This document shows positions 19,093-30,350 of a DNA stretch of 64,000 nt, piece by piece. Each line of letters begins with the position of its first letter. The stretch's first letter is position 1. The stretch comes from an uncultured Actinomycetota bacterium (GTDB lineage: Bacteria > Actinomycetota > Actinomycetes > JAHEKZ01). The notes below the pieces were generated by a model. It was not told the DNA's origin. It did not search any database and saw only the letters and a list, made by a program, of their open reading frames with translations. The stretch is from positions 224,001-288,000 of the forward strand of contig CAVURN010000005.1 of the NCBI GenBank assembly GCA_963743915.1, given 5' to 3'. The position numbers were made by a program, and so were the translations under genes.

Positions 19093-20148
19093 GTCAGCCT
19101 CACCCGGGGGTCGATGGCCGCATACAGGATGTCGACGATGAGGTTGGCGATCAGCACGATGACCGAGGTCGACGATCACCACGCCGATGATGAGCTGCAG
19201 GTCGGAGTCGCTGATGGCATCGATGGTGGCACGACCCAGGCCCGGCAGCGCGAAGACCTGCTCGACGATCACCGCACCTCCGAGCAGGAAGGCAAGATCC
19301 AGCCCAGCGGCCGTGACGATCGGGGTGAGACCGGCTCGCAAACCGTGCTTGAAGATGACCGTCCGCTCGGGCAGCCCCTTCGAGCGCGCGGTGCGGATGT
19401 AGTCCTCCCCCAGCGTCTCGAGCATCTGGTTGCGCGTGAGCCGTGCGTAGAAGGCGGCATACAGCATGGCCAAGGTGATCCAGGGCAGGATCAGCGCCTC
19501 GAACCACCCCCAGGGATTCTCGCTGAGGGGCACCCACTCCGGATAGGGCAAGGGTTGCCACCCATCGAAAAGCTTCGGGGGCAGGAAGACGACGAAGTAG
19601 AGCAGCACCAGCCCGATGAAGAACGAGGGGAACGAGTACCCGATGAGCGCTGCGCCCATCGTGGTGCGATCCTGCCAGCGCCCACGCCGCAGGGCGGCGT
19701 AGATGCCCATCAGGATGCCGACCACGAGGAAGAGCACGAAGGCTCCGAGCGCCACGCTGATCGTGATCGGCATCGCCTTCACGATGATGCTGGTGACGTC
19801 GTCCCCGGTTCGGAAGGAGTAGCCCAGGCAGGGCGCGGGACACTCGAACTGGCCGTCCTGCGGCTGCAGGGAGTCGTCGAAGGCAGGACAGGCCATGATC
19901 GGGCCGTCCGCCGGGTAGAAGCGACCGCACGGAATCCCCACGGCGTAGCGGGCAAGCTGCGACCCCATGCTCTCGTCCAGACCAAGACGCTCTCGGATCA
20001 CCTCGATCTGCTGCGGCTCGCAGTTCTTGCCGCACGAGAGAGCAGCCGGATCGGCCGGCAGGGCCGAGAACATCACGAACGTGGTGGCCACCAGCGCCAC
20101 CAGCATGAAGAACACCGCGATCAGGCGGCGGACGATGAACGCACCCAC
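19089..20148 (-). CDS. peptide ABC transporter permease (OppB/DppB-like); extra base at ~19170
   Basis: EAA loop EDYIRTARSKGL; repaired end [20 protein letters not shown] overlaps the oppD start (GTGA). Confidence 0.88.
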
Positions 20149-20214
20149 GCCAGTGAGCTCCTATGCGGACAAGCGACCGACTCGCGGTCGCGCGGAGGGT
20201 TGGGGTGTGACGAG

Positions 20215-20250
20215 GAGGTGGGGTTCCCGGCTGGCCGGGAACCCCACCTC
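20215..20250. terminator. GC-rich stem-loop after the substrate-binding gene (partial terminator or mRNA stabiliser)
   Basis: GAGGTGGGGTTCCCGG-ctgg-CCGGGAACCCCACCTC inverted repeat. Confidence 0.75.
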
Positions 20251-20256
20251 GTCAGA

Positions 20257-21979
20257 TCACTGCTTGACGTACAGGTCCGCGTACGACCACGAGCCGTACG
20301 GGGCCCAGATGTACGCCCCTCCGACGTCAGTGCCGTGCAGGCGCTGCGTCTTGGTGAAGAAGCGCGGAACCACGTAGCCCTTCTGCACGGCCTCGGTGTT
20401 GAGGTCCGCCCACATCTGGATCTGCGTGTCCTGGTCGGTCTCGACCAGCGCCTCCTGGATCCCGTCCTCGAAGGCCTGGTCCTGGGTCTCGCCACCGGTG
20501 TTCAGGCGGGAGAGGTTGAACCCTGCCTCGGCTCCGAGGAGCTCGGGGATGACGGTCGACGGGTTCGCCCAGTCCGGACCCCAGCCGCTGTTCATCAGCG
20601 GGCAGTGCTTGTCCGACAGCACGATCCCGTAGTACTGACCGGGGTCGATCGGGTTGGCGGTCAGCGTGATGCCGGCGGCGTCCATCGACTCGATGAGAGC
20701 CTTGGTGGCCTTGTCGGCCGCCGGGCTCGTCGCGTAGTCGTAGCAGAGCTCAGGCATGGGCTCGCCGGACTCCTGGATCAGCTGCTTGGCCAGCTCGGGG
20801 TTGCCCTCGTCCGGGACGGGCTCGCCGAGGCAGTCCCTCCCAGAGGCCAGTCGGCACGTACCACGGGTCGAAGTTCGACTTGATGAGGCCGTCGGCGTAG
20901 TCACCGGCGAAGTCGCCGCCAGCAGCAGCGCGGAGCGCCGTGCGGTCGATCGCGGCCGCAATCGCCTGACGGTGCTTCTCGTTCGTCACCTGGGTCACGT
21001 CGACCGCGATGTAGGTGACGTACGGGTCGAACTCGTCCACTCGGCGGTCCTCGAAGCGCGGGTCGTTGAAGACCGTGGCGAACCGGGAGGGGTCGAGGTC
21101 GGAGTAGCCGAGCGACGTGGTGTCCTCACCGGCGTCGGTGATCAGACGCTCGTCGATGACGTCCTGCGCCAGTCCGAACTCCATGACGATCTTGTCGGGG
21201 AGAAGGGTGCGCACCGGGTCGGACTCAGGGTCCCATGCCTCGTTCGGGACGAGCACCAGCTCGCGCTTCTTCTCGTACGTCTCGATCTTGTAGGGGCCGG
21301 AGCTGATCGGCCGGTCGTCGTACGACTCGCCGGTGTCCTCGGCCTCGGGAACCGGGCTGAACGCCAGCAGGGTGGTGGCGTAGTTGAAGTCCGGCACCGG
21401 GCGGGAGAGGTTGAACGTGATGGTGTTGCCGTCGCACGTCACGGCCTCGTCGAAGCCCTCGACGTTGTTCTTCGCGCTCTTGTCGTAGGGGCCGGTGTAG
21501 TCCTCGACGTCGAGCATGGAGATGGCGTAGGTCGGGCCGTCGCTGATGACGTCCTGGGCGAACGTGCGTGAGACGCCGTACTTGACGTCCTCACAGGTCA
21601 CGGGGTCGCCGTTCTCGAAGGTGGCACCGTCGCGCAGCGTGAAGGACCACGACGTCGCGTCCTCGTTCGCCGTACCGAGGTCGGTCGCGAGGTCGGGAAC
21701 GATGTTCCAGCCGTCGCCACCTTCCACGAAGTCGTACGTGACGAGCGTGCGGTGCATGTAGGCGCCGGCGAACGCCAGGTCCTCACCCGTGTAGTTGCGC
21801 TGCGGGTCGAGGTGCTGGATCTGGCTCCCGATGGACAGGAACGTGATCGTGCCGCCTGGTGTCGCATCGCCTGTGTCGGATCCGCCGCCGTCGTCGTCCC
21901 CGCCACCGCAGGCGGTCAGCAACAGCGCACCGACGCCGACCAGCGCCGCGCCACGCAGGCCAATTGTGGCCTTACCCAT
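20257..21979 (-). CDS. peptide ABC transporter substrate-binding lipoprotein (OppA/DppA, family 5); extra base at ~20830
   Basis: lipobox LTAC; LDPQRNY, PDLATDLG, TFENGDPVTCEDVKYGVSR; C-terminal half in ORF 20257..20961. Confidence 0.87.
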
Positions 21980-22090
21980 GGGTCTCCTTCGATTCGTGGC
22001 CCGGCACGTGCTCCCGAGCCGCCTGATGCCTCGCCTTGTGAGCGAACTGCCCCGGCCGGGTCGGCCAGGGACGGGTGAGGGGCGTGCCGG

Positions 22091-23113
22091 TCATACCCGG
22101 CCCGCCCGCGGGTCGAGCGCGTCGCGCACGCTGTCCCCGAGCTGGTTGAACACGAGCACCACGAAGAAGAGCGCGGTACCCGGGATGAAGAGATAGGTGG
22201 GCATGACCGTCACGTAGGTGACCGAGTCGGCGAGCATCTTGCCCCAAGTGGTGGCAGGGGGAGCGACACCCACCCCCAAGAAGGCCAGCGCCGCCTCGAA
22301 GGCGATGTAGCTGGGCAGGGTGATGGTCGTGTAGACGAGGATCGGCGCCCAGAGGTTGGGAATGAGCTCCTTGAAGACGATCCTTCGGCCGCTCGACCCC
22401 ATGGCGACCGCCGACTCGACGAACTCGCGCTCGCGCAGGCTGATCACCTGACCACGGATGATGCGGGCCAGGTACGGCCAGCCGAAGACGCCGAAGACCA
22501 GGATCATGTACGTCACGCGGGCCGGGTTGCCCGGAGGTACGCCCATGGCTTCAAGCCGCTGCACGAGCGGGGGTTGCAAGGCCAGCAGCATGATCAGCAG
22601 CGGGAAGACCAGGACGAAGTCCATGAGCCGCCCCAGTGCCGAGTCGACCCACCCGCCTGCGAAGCCGCTGATGGTGCCCAGGATCACGCCGATGACGACG
22701 GTGATGATCGTGGCCGTGATCGCCACCAGGAGCGAGATGCGCGCGCCGAAGAGCAGCATCATCGCGATGTCGGTGCCCGTGCCCGGCTCGACCCCCAACG
22801 GGTGGGACCAGCTGATCCCGGAGTTGAGGAAGCCGAAGGGGAGCCCACCGGTGGACATGTCCAGCTGGTCGACGTGGCTCTTGGTGGGGTTGTCCAGGAA
22901 GAAGTTGGCGATCGGGGGACCCACCGTCACCAGCAGCAGGATCACCACGACCGAGATCAGGGAGAACATCCCCCACTTGTCCCGCCGCAGCCGCGACCAG
23001 GCGATGGCCTTCAGCGAGCGGCCAGCGATCACCTCGGCCTTTTCGCCGTCACCCAGGGGTTGCGCGTCGAGGATCTCGTCCTCGACGGTGCTGGGAATGA
23101 TCGGACTGGACAT
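22091..23113 (-). CDS. peptide ABC transporter permease (OppC/DppC-like)
   Basis: HPLG, EAA loop REFVESAVAMG, GDSVRDALDPR end. Confidence 0.92.
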   Translation of the reverse strand: MSSPIIPSTVEDEILDAQPLGDGEKAEVIAGRSLKAIAWSRLRRDKWGMFSLISVVVILLLVTVGPPIANFFLDNPTKSHVDQLDMSTGGLPFGFLNSGISWSHPLGVEPGTGTDIAMMLLFGARISLLVAITATIITVVIGVILGTISGFAGGWVDSALGRLMDFVLVFPLLIMLLALQPPLVQRLEAMGVPPGNPARVTYMILVFGVFGWPYLARIIRGQVISLREREFVESAVAMGSSGRRIVFKELIPNLWAPILVYTTITLPSYIAFEAALAFLGVGVAPPATTWGKMLADSVTYVTVMPTYLFIPGTALFFVVLVFNQLGDSVRDALDPRAGRV

Positions 23114-23265
23114 ACGGGGCCCGGGACCTCCTGAACATCACGACGCGCCGGCGGATCGCCGGGACGGGGCGAACCTACGGCATGGATTCGTCACCGCCCA
23201 AGGGTTGACCCCACCTCGTGACCTGGTGTGTCCAAATCGTGACACGGGTCCGGAAGGAGGGGACC

Positions 23266-25143
23266 TTAGGCCCGCTTGGCCCGGGCCCTTTGCCGGTTGC
23301 GGTCGTTCTGGTCCAGGATCACTTTCCGTAGCCGGACGGTCGCGGGGGTCACCTCGACGCACTCGTCCTCGCGGCAGAACTCCAGCGCCTGCTCCATGGA
23401 GAGCTGCCGGTGGGGGATCAGCGGCACCAGGACGTCCCCCGTGGCGGAGCGCATGTTGGTGAGCTTCTTCTCCTTGGTCGGGTTGACGTCCATGTCGTCC
23501 GACCGCGAGTTCTCGCCCACGATCATGCCCTCGTAGACCTCGGTCCCAGGTCCCACGAACATCGTGCCGCGCTCCTGCAGGTTGGCCAGCGCGAAACCGG
23601 TCGTGTCGCCACGGCGGTCCGCGACCAACGAGCCCGTGGGCCGCGTCCGCAGCTCCCCGTGCCAGGGCTCGTAGCGCTCGAACACGTGGTGCAGGAGCCC
23701 GGTCCCGCGGGTCTCGGTGAGGAACTCGGTGCGGAAGCCGATCATCCCGCGGGCCGGCACCAGGTACTCCATCCGCACCCAGCCCGTGCCGTGGTTCACC
23801 ATCTGCTCCATCCGCCCCTTGCGGAGCGCCATGAGCTGGGTGACCACCCCGAGGTAGTCCTCGGGGATGTCCACCGTCAGCCGCTCGACGGGCTCGTGCA
23901 CCGCGCCGTCGATCTCGCGGGTGACGACCTGCGGTTTGCCGACCGTGAGCTCGAACCCCTCGCGGCGCATCATCTCGACCAGAACGGCGAGCTGCAGCTC
24001 GCCTCGTCCCTGGACCTCCCAGGTGTCAGGACGCTCGGTCTCGTGGACCCGGATCGACACGTTGCCGACGAGCTCGGCCTCCAGGCGGGTCTTGACCATC
24101 CGCGCCGTCAGCTTGGACCCGCTGTGACCTGCCAGCGGCGAGGTGTTGATGCCGATCGTCATCGAGATCGACGGCTCGTCGACGGTGATGACGGGCAGCG
24201 GACGCGGGTCGTCCGCGTCCGCCAGGGTCTCGCCGATGGTGATCTCGGGGATGCCGGCGACGGCGATGATGTCGCCGTGGGACGCCGACTCTGCCGGCAC
24301 CCGGTCCAGCGCCTCGGTGATGAGCAGCTCGGTGACCTTCACCCGCTCGATCGAGCCGTCCGCTCGGCACCACGCCACCGTCTGACCCTTGGCGATCGTG
24401 CCGTTGTGGACGCGGCAGAGCGCCAGACGCCCGAGGTAGGGCGACGCGTCCAGGTTGGTGACATGGGCCTGCAGCGGAGCCTCGGGGTCGTACCGCGGCG
24501 CGGGGACGGTCTCGACGATGGCCGTGAACAGCGGCTCGAGGTCGGGACTGTCGGGCAGACCGCCGTCCTCGGGCTTGCTGAGCGATGCCCGTCCGTTCTT
24601 CGCTGAGGCGTACACGATCGGGAAGTCGATCTGGGACTCGTCGGCGTCCAGATCCAGGAAGAGCTCGTAGGTCTCGTCCACGACGTCGGAGATCCGCGCG
24701 TCAGGGCGGTCGACCTTGTTGACCACCAGCACCACGGGCAGTCTCTTCTGCAGCGCCTTCCGCAGCACGAACCGCGTCTGCGGCAAGGGGCCCTCGCTGG
24801 CGTCCACGAGCAGCAGGACGCCGTCGACCATCTCGAGCCCCCGCTCGACCTCGCCTCCGAAGTCGGCGTGCCCAGGGGTGTCGATGATGTTGAGGGTGAC
24901 CTGCTGGCCATCGGCCATGTCATGCCTGACCGCGGTGTTCTTGGCCAGGATCGTGATGCCCTTCTCGCGCTCGAGGTCCATCGAGTCCATGACCCGGTCA
25001 GCGACGTCGGCGTTCTCGCGGAACGCGCCGGACTGCCAGAGCATCGCGTCGACGAGGGTGGTCTTGCCGTGGTCCACGTGCGCGACGATGGCCACGTTGC
25101 GCAGGTCCGTACGGGCGGCAGTGCGGGCGGCTGAAGACGCCAT
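23266..25143 (-). CDS. typA: translational GTPase TypA/BipA
   Basis: RNVAIVAHVDHGKTTLVD, EREKGITILAKNT, DTPGHADFGGEVER, GRGELQL, KKLTNMRS. Confidence 0.97.
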   Translation of the reverse strand: MASSAARTAARTDLRNVAIVAHVDHGKTTLVDAMLWQSGAFRENADVADRVMDSMDLEREKGITILAKNTAVRHDMADGQQVTLNIIDTPGHADFGGEVERGLEMVDGVLLLVDASEGPLPQTRFVLRKALQKRLPVVLVVNKVDRPDARISDVVDETYELFLDLDADESQIDFPIVYASAKNGRASLSKPEDGGLPDSPDLEPLFTAIVETVPAPRYDPEAPLQAHVTNLDASPYLGRLALCRVHNGTIAKGQTVAWCRADGSIERVKVTELLITEALDRVPAESASHGDIIAVAGIPEITIGETLADADDPRPLPVITVDEPSISMTIGINTSPLAGHSGSKLTARMVKTRLEAELVGNVSIRVHETERPDTWEVQGRGELQLAVLVEMMRREGFELTVGKPQVVTREIDGAVHEPVERLTVDIPEDYLGVVTQLMALRKGRMEQMVNHGTGWVRMEYLVPARGMIGFRTEFLTETRGTGLLHHVFERYEPWHGELRTRPTGSLVADRRGDTTGFALANLQERGTMFVGPGTEVYEGMIVGENSRSDDMDVNPTKEKKLTNMRSATGDVLVPLIPHRQLSMEQALEFCREDECVEVTPATVRLRKVILDQNDRNRQRARAKRA

Positions 25144-25201
25144 GGGCGTGCAAACTCGCTCTCGAGAAGGGGAAGGACCACCGAACGGTGACCTGACCAG
25201 T

Positions 25202-26068
25202 CTACGGGGCGCGCCTGGGCGTGGTTCGGACGGTCATACCGCTGCCGTCGTCGTTGACGGCATAGGCGATGTCGATCGCGCCGAGCTCGTCGAGGCGAGA
25301 AAGGTGAGTTCCCCCGCACGGCATCTCCCCGGTTCCCTCCGGCAGGGCGCAGGTCCAACGACGCCGCCCGGTGACCCGACGGTCACCGTCGTCCTCCACC
25401 CGGACCTCGGCCGCCGAGGCGATCCACTGGGCCAGCTGGGTCTCGACCGCCTCGACCACCTCCGACAGGGACGCGGTGAAGGCCGCGGCATCGAAACCCT
25501 TCTTCCGCAGGCTCTTGCCGAACCGGTAGGTGTCGGTTGATCCCTCCCGGTCCATCACCGAGGAGACCATCGCGATCTGGTCCAGGTCCGGTCTGCCGAG
25601 GGAGTCGCTCCGGATGTCCTTCCCCTCACGCCAGAACCTCGCGGTGGCTTCGTTCATGGCCAGCGCAGCCAGGTGGCAGGCGGTGTGCGAGGCCGACAGG
25701 TCCGCGCGTCTGTCGGCGTCCACCACGAGCTCGGCCACGTCACCTGGCGAGGGGGCCGGCCCGCCCAGCACGTGGGCCACCAGCCACGTCCAGCCGGCCT
25801 CGCCACGTCTGACGGGGATGTCGCTGCCGACCCGCAGGGCTCCGTCGGGGCCGAGCGCCGCCATCCGGGTGTCGAGGACCGGGACGCCGGACAAGTGCCC
25901 GGTGTCCCCGGGCTGGTCGGGCCAGGAGTGGTCGATCGGGTGGAAGGGCGTGGTGTCCACCACCACGACAGCCCCGTCGGCCCCGCCTGCCACCGTGACG
26001 ACCTGACCGGTCCCACGGGTGGCGCCGTCGGCGAAGGTCACCACCGTCTCCTGCAGCTCCTCGGCCAT
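25202..26068 (-). CDS. AlaX-like tRNA-editing / metal-dependent hydrolase
   Basis: HTACHL and CGGTH zinc-binding motifs; TPFHP N-terminal motif. Confidence 0.75.
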   Translation of the reverse strand: MAEELQETVVTFADGATRGTGQVVTVAGGADGAVVVVDTTPFHPIDHSWPDQPGDTGHLSGVPVLDTRMAALGPDGALRVGSDIPVRRGEAGWTWLVAHVLGGPAPSPGDVAELVVDADRRADLSASHTACHLAALAMNEATARFWREGKDIRSDSLGRPDLDQIAMVSSVMDREGSTDTYRFGKSLRKKGFDAAAFTASLSEVVEAVETQLAQWIASAAEVRVEDDGDRRVTGRRRWTCALPEGTGEMPCGGTHLSRLDELGAIDIAYAVNDDGSGMTVRTTPRRAP

Positions 26069-26179
26069 GGGTGCCAGCCAACACGACCACTTGGGTCAAG
26101 GTGCTGGCGCCCCCGGCGGCCCTCGGCCAGACTGCCCAGGACGATGTGACCCACCTCACCGACGAGGAGGTGCTCCACG

Positions 26180-26431
26180 ATGAGCATTCCGCCCCAGGAC
26201 GTCACGGCCGCGCGTCGTGCCGCCACCGACCTCGTGCGCGCTGTCGAGATCCTCAAGGCCCGGCACGGGGACAGCGTCGACATGCGGCGGCTGCTCGCCG
26301 ATGCCCAGCGGATCAGCGAGGACCTCGACATCCTCGCCGGCCCCGAGGCTCCGTCCATGGACGACGAGCCGATCCTGATCCCCGACCACGACTACCCTCC
26401 GGAGATGTGGCACGACGCGGACCGCGAATGA
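26180..26431 (+). CDS. small protein preceding the Sdh1-type operon (Rv0250c-like)
   Basis: IPDHDYPPEMW motif; RBS GAGGAGG; position at head of the operon. Confidence 0.6.
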   Translation: MSIPPQDVTAARRAATDLVRAVEILKARHGDSVDMRRLLADAQRISEDLDILAGPEAPSMDDEPILIPDHDYPPEMWHDADRE

Positions 26432-26465
26432 CCTGCCCCCCGGCCGCCTCGACCTCGGAGAGCCC

Positions 26466-27284
26466 ATGACCACCACTGCCCCCTCCGGCCCCCTCAGCTC
26501 GGGCACCGGAGCACCGGGCCGTGCCCGCATCACGGCGCGCACCCTGCGCACGGACCGGTGGTGGCTCCAGCCAGCCATCACCATGGTGGTACTGCTGGCC
26601 TTCGTCGTGTACGCCACCTGGCGCGCCTTCGAGAACGCGTACTACTACGCCTCGCCCTACCTGTCGCCGTTCTACTCCCCCTGCGTCGCCGAGAACTGCA
26701 CGCCGGGGTCGGACGACTTCGGCCGGCTCGTCGGAGACTGGTGGGCGCTGTCACCGGCGCTGCTCATCCTGGTCTTCCCTCTGGGATTCCGGATGACCTG
26801 CTACTACTACCGCAAGGCGTACTACCGCTCGTTCTGGATGTCGCCGCCCGCCTGTGCCGTCGCCGAGCCGCACCGCTCCTACACCGGTGAGACCAGGGCG
26901 CCCCTGATTCTGCAGAACTCGCACCGCTGGTTCTTCTACGCCGGCCTGGCGTTCAACGTCATCCTCACCTGGGACGCCGTCCTCGGTTTCCGCAACGCCG
27001 ACGGTGAGTGGGGGCACATGGGGCTGGGAACACTGTTCCTGGTGACGAACGCGACCCTGCTGTGGCTCTACTCGCTGTCGTGCCACTCGTGCCGCAACAC
27101 CATCGGCGGTCGCCTCAAGCACTTCTCCCGGCACCCGATCCGCTACCGCGCGTGGACCTGGGTGAGCCGGATGAACCACCACCACCCGCTCTTCGCGTGG
27201 CTCTCGCTCTTCGGCGTCGCGCTGACCGACCTGTACATCATGCTGCTGGCCCGCGGAACCATCACCGACATCACCTTCTTCTGA
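26466..27284 (+). CDS. succinate dehydrogenase membrane anchor (Rv0249c/SdhF-like)
   Basis: TLRTDRWW, FRMTCYYYRKAYYR and SCHSCR motifs; multiple TM helices; upstream of sdhA. Confidence 0.85.
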   Translation: MTTTAPSGPLSSGTGAPGRARITARTLRTDRWWLQPAITMVVLLAFVVYATWRAFENAYYYASPYLSPFYSPCVAENCTPGSDDFGRLVGDWWALSPALLILVFPLGFRMTCYYYRKAYYRSFWMSPPACAVAEPHRSYTGETRAPLILQNSHRWFFYAGLAFNVILTWDAVLGFRNADGEWGHMGLGTLFLVTNATLLWLYSLSCHSCRNTIGGRLKHFSRHPIRYRAWTWVSRMNHHHPLFAWLSLFGVALTDLYIMLLARGTITDITFF

Positions 27285-27312
27285 GCGACGACCGCCCTCA
27301 CGAAAGGACCCC

Positions 27313-29208
27313 ATGACCGACCTGGAACGCCACTCCTACGACGTCGTCGTGATCGGCGCCGGAGGAGCCGGACTGCGCGCCGCGATCGAGGCGCGCAGTC
27401 ACGGGCTGCGGACCGCGATCATCTGCAAGTCGCTGTTCGGCAAGGCGCACACGGTCATGGCCGAGGGCGGCATCGCGGCCTCCATGGGCAACGTCAACAG
27501 CAACGACGGCTGGCAGGTCCATTTCCGCGACACCATGCGGGGCGGCAAGTTCCTCAACCACTGGCGGATGGCCGAGCTCCACGCGAAGGAGGCACCGGAA
27601 AGAGTCTGGGAGCTGGAGACGTGGGGTGCCCTCTTCGACCGCACGCCGGACGGCCGCATCAGCCAACGCAACTTCGGTGGCCACGAGTACCCCCGGCTCG
27701 CCCACGTCGGCGACCGCACCGGTCTTGAGCTGATCCGGACGCTGCAGCAGCGCATCGTCGCACTGCAGCAGCAGGACGAACGCGAGCTCGGCAACCCCGA
27801 GGCGCGGATCCGGGTCTTCGCCGAGTGCACGATCACCGAGATCCTGAAGGACGGTGACCGGGTCGCCGGGGCGTTCGGGTACTGGCGGGAGTCCGGGCGC
27901 TTCATCACGTTCAGCGCGCCCGCGGTGATCCTGGCCACCGGCGGCATCGGCAAGTCGTTCAAGGTGACCAGCAACTCGTGGGAGTACACCGGCGACGGTC
28001 ACGCGCTGGCACTTCGGGCGGGTGGGTCGTTGGTCAACATGGAGTTCATCCAGTTCCACCCCACCGGCATGGTGTGGCCGCCCAGCGTCAAGGGGATCCT
28101 CGTCACCGAGTCGGTGCGCGGTGACGGCGGCGTGCTGCGCAACGCCGGCGGGCAGCGCTTCATGTTCGACTACGTGCCCGAGGTGTTCCGCGAGAAGTAC
28201 GCCCACGACGAGGCCGAGGGCGACCGCTGGTACACCGACCCCGACACCAACCGGAGACCCCCTGAGCTGCTTCCTCGTGACGAAGTCGCGCGGGCGATCA
28301 ACTCCGAGGTCAAGGCGGGACGCGGCTCACCGCACGGCGGAGTCTTTCTGGACGTCTCGACACGGCTGCCCGCCGAGACCATCCGGCGCAAGCTCCCCTC
28401 CATGTACCACCAGTTCAAGGAGCTCGCGGGGGTCGACATCACCGCCGAACCGATGGAGGTCGGTCCGACGTGCCACTACGTCATGGGTGGCGTGGAGGTC
28501 GTGCCTGACGACTGCGCGGCAGTCGGCGTCCCCGGGCTCTTCGCGGCCGGCGAGGTCGCGGGCGGGATGCACGGCTCGAACCGGCTGGGCGGTAACTCGC
28601 TCTCGGATCTCCTGGTCTTCGGACGCCGAGCCGGGCTGGGCGCAGCACAGTACGTCGCCTCACTCAGCGACGAGCGCCCACAGGTCCCCGCCGCCACCAT
28701 CGACACGGCCGCCGAGGACGCCGTGCGCCCCTTCGCCGGCGACGGCGGGGAGAACCCCTACACCCTCCACACCGAGCTGCAGATGACGATGAACGACCTG
28801 GTCGGGATCATCCGCCGCAAGGAGGAGATGGAAGACGCCCTCGAGAAGCTCGAGGAGCTGAAGGAACGTGCCCGCGGCGTCACGGTCGAGGGCCACCGAC
28901 AGTTCAACCCGGGCTGGCACCTCGCCCTCGACCTGGCGAACATGCTTCTGGTCTCCGAGTGCGTGGCCCGCGCGGCACTCATGCGGGAGGAGTCGCGCGG
29001 CGGCCACACGCGCGAGGACTACCCGTTGATGAGCGACGACTGGCGGCAGTGGAACTTGATCTGCCGGGCGCCGGCAGACGCCGTCGAGGTGGTGAAGCAG
29101 CCGCTGCCCACGATGCCCACCGAGCTGCTCTCGCTCTTCGACCGTGACGAGCTCAGCAAGTACATGACCGAGGACGAGCTGTCCGCGCTTCCGAGGGGCG
29201 ATGCCTGA
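27313..29208 (+). CDS. sdhA: succinate dehydrogenase/fumarate reductase flavoprotein
   Basis: GAGGAG FAD motif, AHTVMAEGG, QFHPT, HYVMGG, HGSNRLGGNSL. Confidence 0.95.
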   Translation: MTDLERHSYDVVVIGAGGAGLRAAIEARSHGLRTAIICKSLFGKAHTVMAEGGIAASMGNVNSNDGWQVHFRDTMRGGKFLNHWRMAELHAKEAPERVWELETWGALFDRTPDGRISQRNFGGHEYPRLAHVGDRTGLELIRTLQQRIVALQQQDERELGNPEARIRVFAECTITEILKDGDRVAGAFGYWRESGRFITFSAPAVILATGGIGKSFKVTSNSWEYTGDGHALALRAGGSLVNMEFIQFHPTGMVWPPSVKGILVTESVRGDGGVLRNAGGQRFMFDYVPEVFREKYAHDEAEGDRWYTDPDTNRRPPELLPRDEVARAINSEVKAGRGSPHGGVFLDVSTRLPAETIRRKLPSMYHQFKELAGVDITAEPMEVGPTCHYVMGGVEVVPDDCAAVGVPGLFAAGEVAGGMHGSNRLGGNSLSDLLVFGRRAGLGAAQYVASLSDERPQVPAATIDTAAEDAVRPFAGDGGENPYTLHTELQMTMNDLVGIIRRKEEMEDALEKLEELKERARGVTVEGHRQFNPGWHLALDLANMLLVSECVARAALMREESRGGHTREDYPLMSDDWRQWNLICRAPADAVEVVKQPLPTMPTELLSLFDRDELSKYMTEDELSALPRGDA

Positions 29209-29973
29209 TGGGATACACCGCACGTCTCCGGGTGTGGCGAGGATCCGACGACCAGGGCGAGCTGCAGGACTTCGAGGTCGAGGTCAACGAGGGTGAGGTC
29301 GTGCTCGACATCATCCACCGGCTCCAGGCGACCCAGACGCCCGACCTGGCCGTCCGTTGGAACTGCAAGGCCGGCAAGTGCGGATCGTGCAGCGCCGAGA
29401 TCAACGGTCGACCGCGCCTGATGTGCATGACGCGGATGAGCACCTTCGACCAGAGCGAGACGGTCACGGTCACACCGCTGCGCGCCTTCCCCGTCATCCG
29501 GGACCTCGTCACCGACGTCTCCTTCAACTACCAGAAGGCCAGAGAGGTCCCGTCCTTTACGCCGCCGGCCGCCCTCAAGGCAGGCGAATACCGGATGCAG
29601 CAGATCGACGTCGAGCGCAGCCAGGAGTTCCGCAAGTGCATCGAGTGCTTCCTCTGTCAGGACACCTGTCACGTCATCCGTGACCACGAGGAGAACAAGG
29701 AAGTCTTCGCCGGCCCCCGGTTCTTCATCCGGATCGCCGAGCTGAACATGCACCCGCTCGACACCCTGGAGCGCCGTCACTCCGCTCAGGAGGAGTACGG
29801 CCTCGGGTACTGCAACATCACGAAGTGCTGCACCGAGGTGTGCCCCGAGGGCATCCACATCACGGACAACGCCATCATCCCGATGAAGGAGCGCGTGGTC
29901 GATGCGAAGTACGACCCCGCGTTCGGGCTCTTCCGGAAGCTGCGCGAGCGCTCAGGCTCGACGCGCAGCATGA
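29208..29973 (+). CDS. sdhB: succinate dehydrogenase iron-sulfur subunit; an extra base near 29955 probably causes the apparent fusion to the next gene
   Basis: CKAGKCGSC, CIECFLCQDTC and CNITKCCTEVC clusters; TGA 29971-29973 overlaps the ATG at 29970. Confidence 0.9.
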
Positions 29974-30350
29974 CCCGCAACGCGGACGAGGCGTGGGATC
30001 TGCTGCTCGCCGTCGAGAGCGGGCAGGTCACCTACTCGGAGGTGCGCCGTGAGGTGGAGGAGCGGCTGGGCGAGGCCCGCTCGGCAGCGAGCACCGGCAC
30101 CGTCCTGGCTCGGGTCGAGGCGGTCAACCATCTGCATGCCGGACGCCTGACCGAGGCCGCCGAGGCCGCCGAGGTCTCGCTCAGCTGGCACCGCAGCCGC
30201 GAGGAGCAGTCGGACGCCTGGGTGACGCTCGCTCGCGTCTACCGGGCCGAGGGCAGGGCTGCGTCGATGGACGAGGCGCTGAGCCAGGCCTCCCACCTGT
30301 GGCCGGAGAACCCCCGGCTGCGCACCCTCGCGGATGTGCCGACGTCATGA
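29970..30350 (+). CDS. small TPR-like helical protein
   Basis: AWVTLARVYRAEGR..A..ALSQA..LWPENP TPR-like pattern; ATGA overlap with the repaired sdhB and with the next gene. Confidence 0.55.
   Translation: MTRNADEAWDLLLAVESGQVTYSEVRREVEERLGEARSAASTGTVLARVEAVNHLHAGRLTEAAEAAEVSLSWHRSREEQSDAWVTLARVYRAEGRAASMDEALSQASHLWPENPRLRTLADVPTS

Noticed and set aside
18045-21979. Pseudogenised opp operon or programmed frameshifting
   Set aside because: All three breaks are single +1 bases at wobble positions with no slippery sequence and no other decay, which fits a consensus error better.
29208-30350. SdhB-TPR fusion (380 aa)
   Set aside because: An ATGA overlap at 29970-29973 and the window-wide +1 pattern favour two separate genes.
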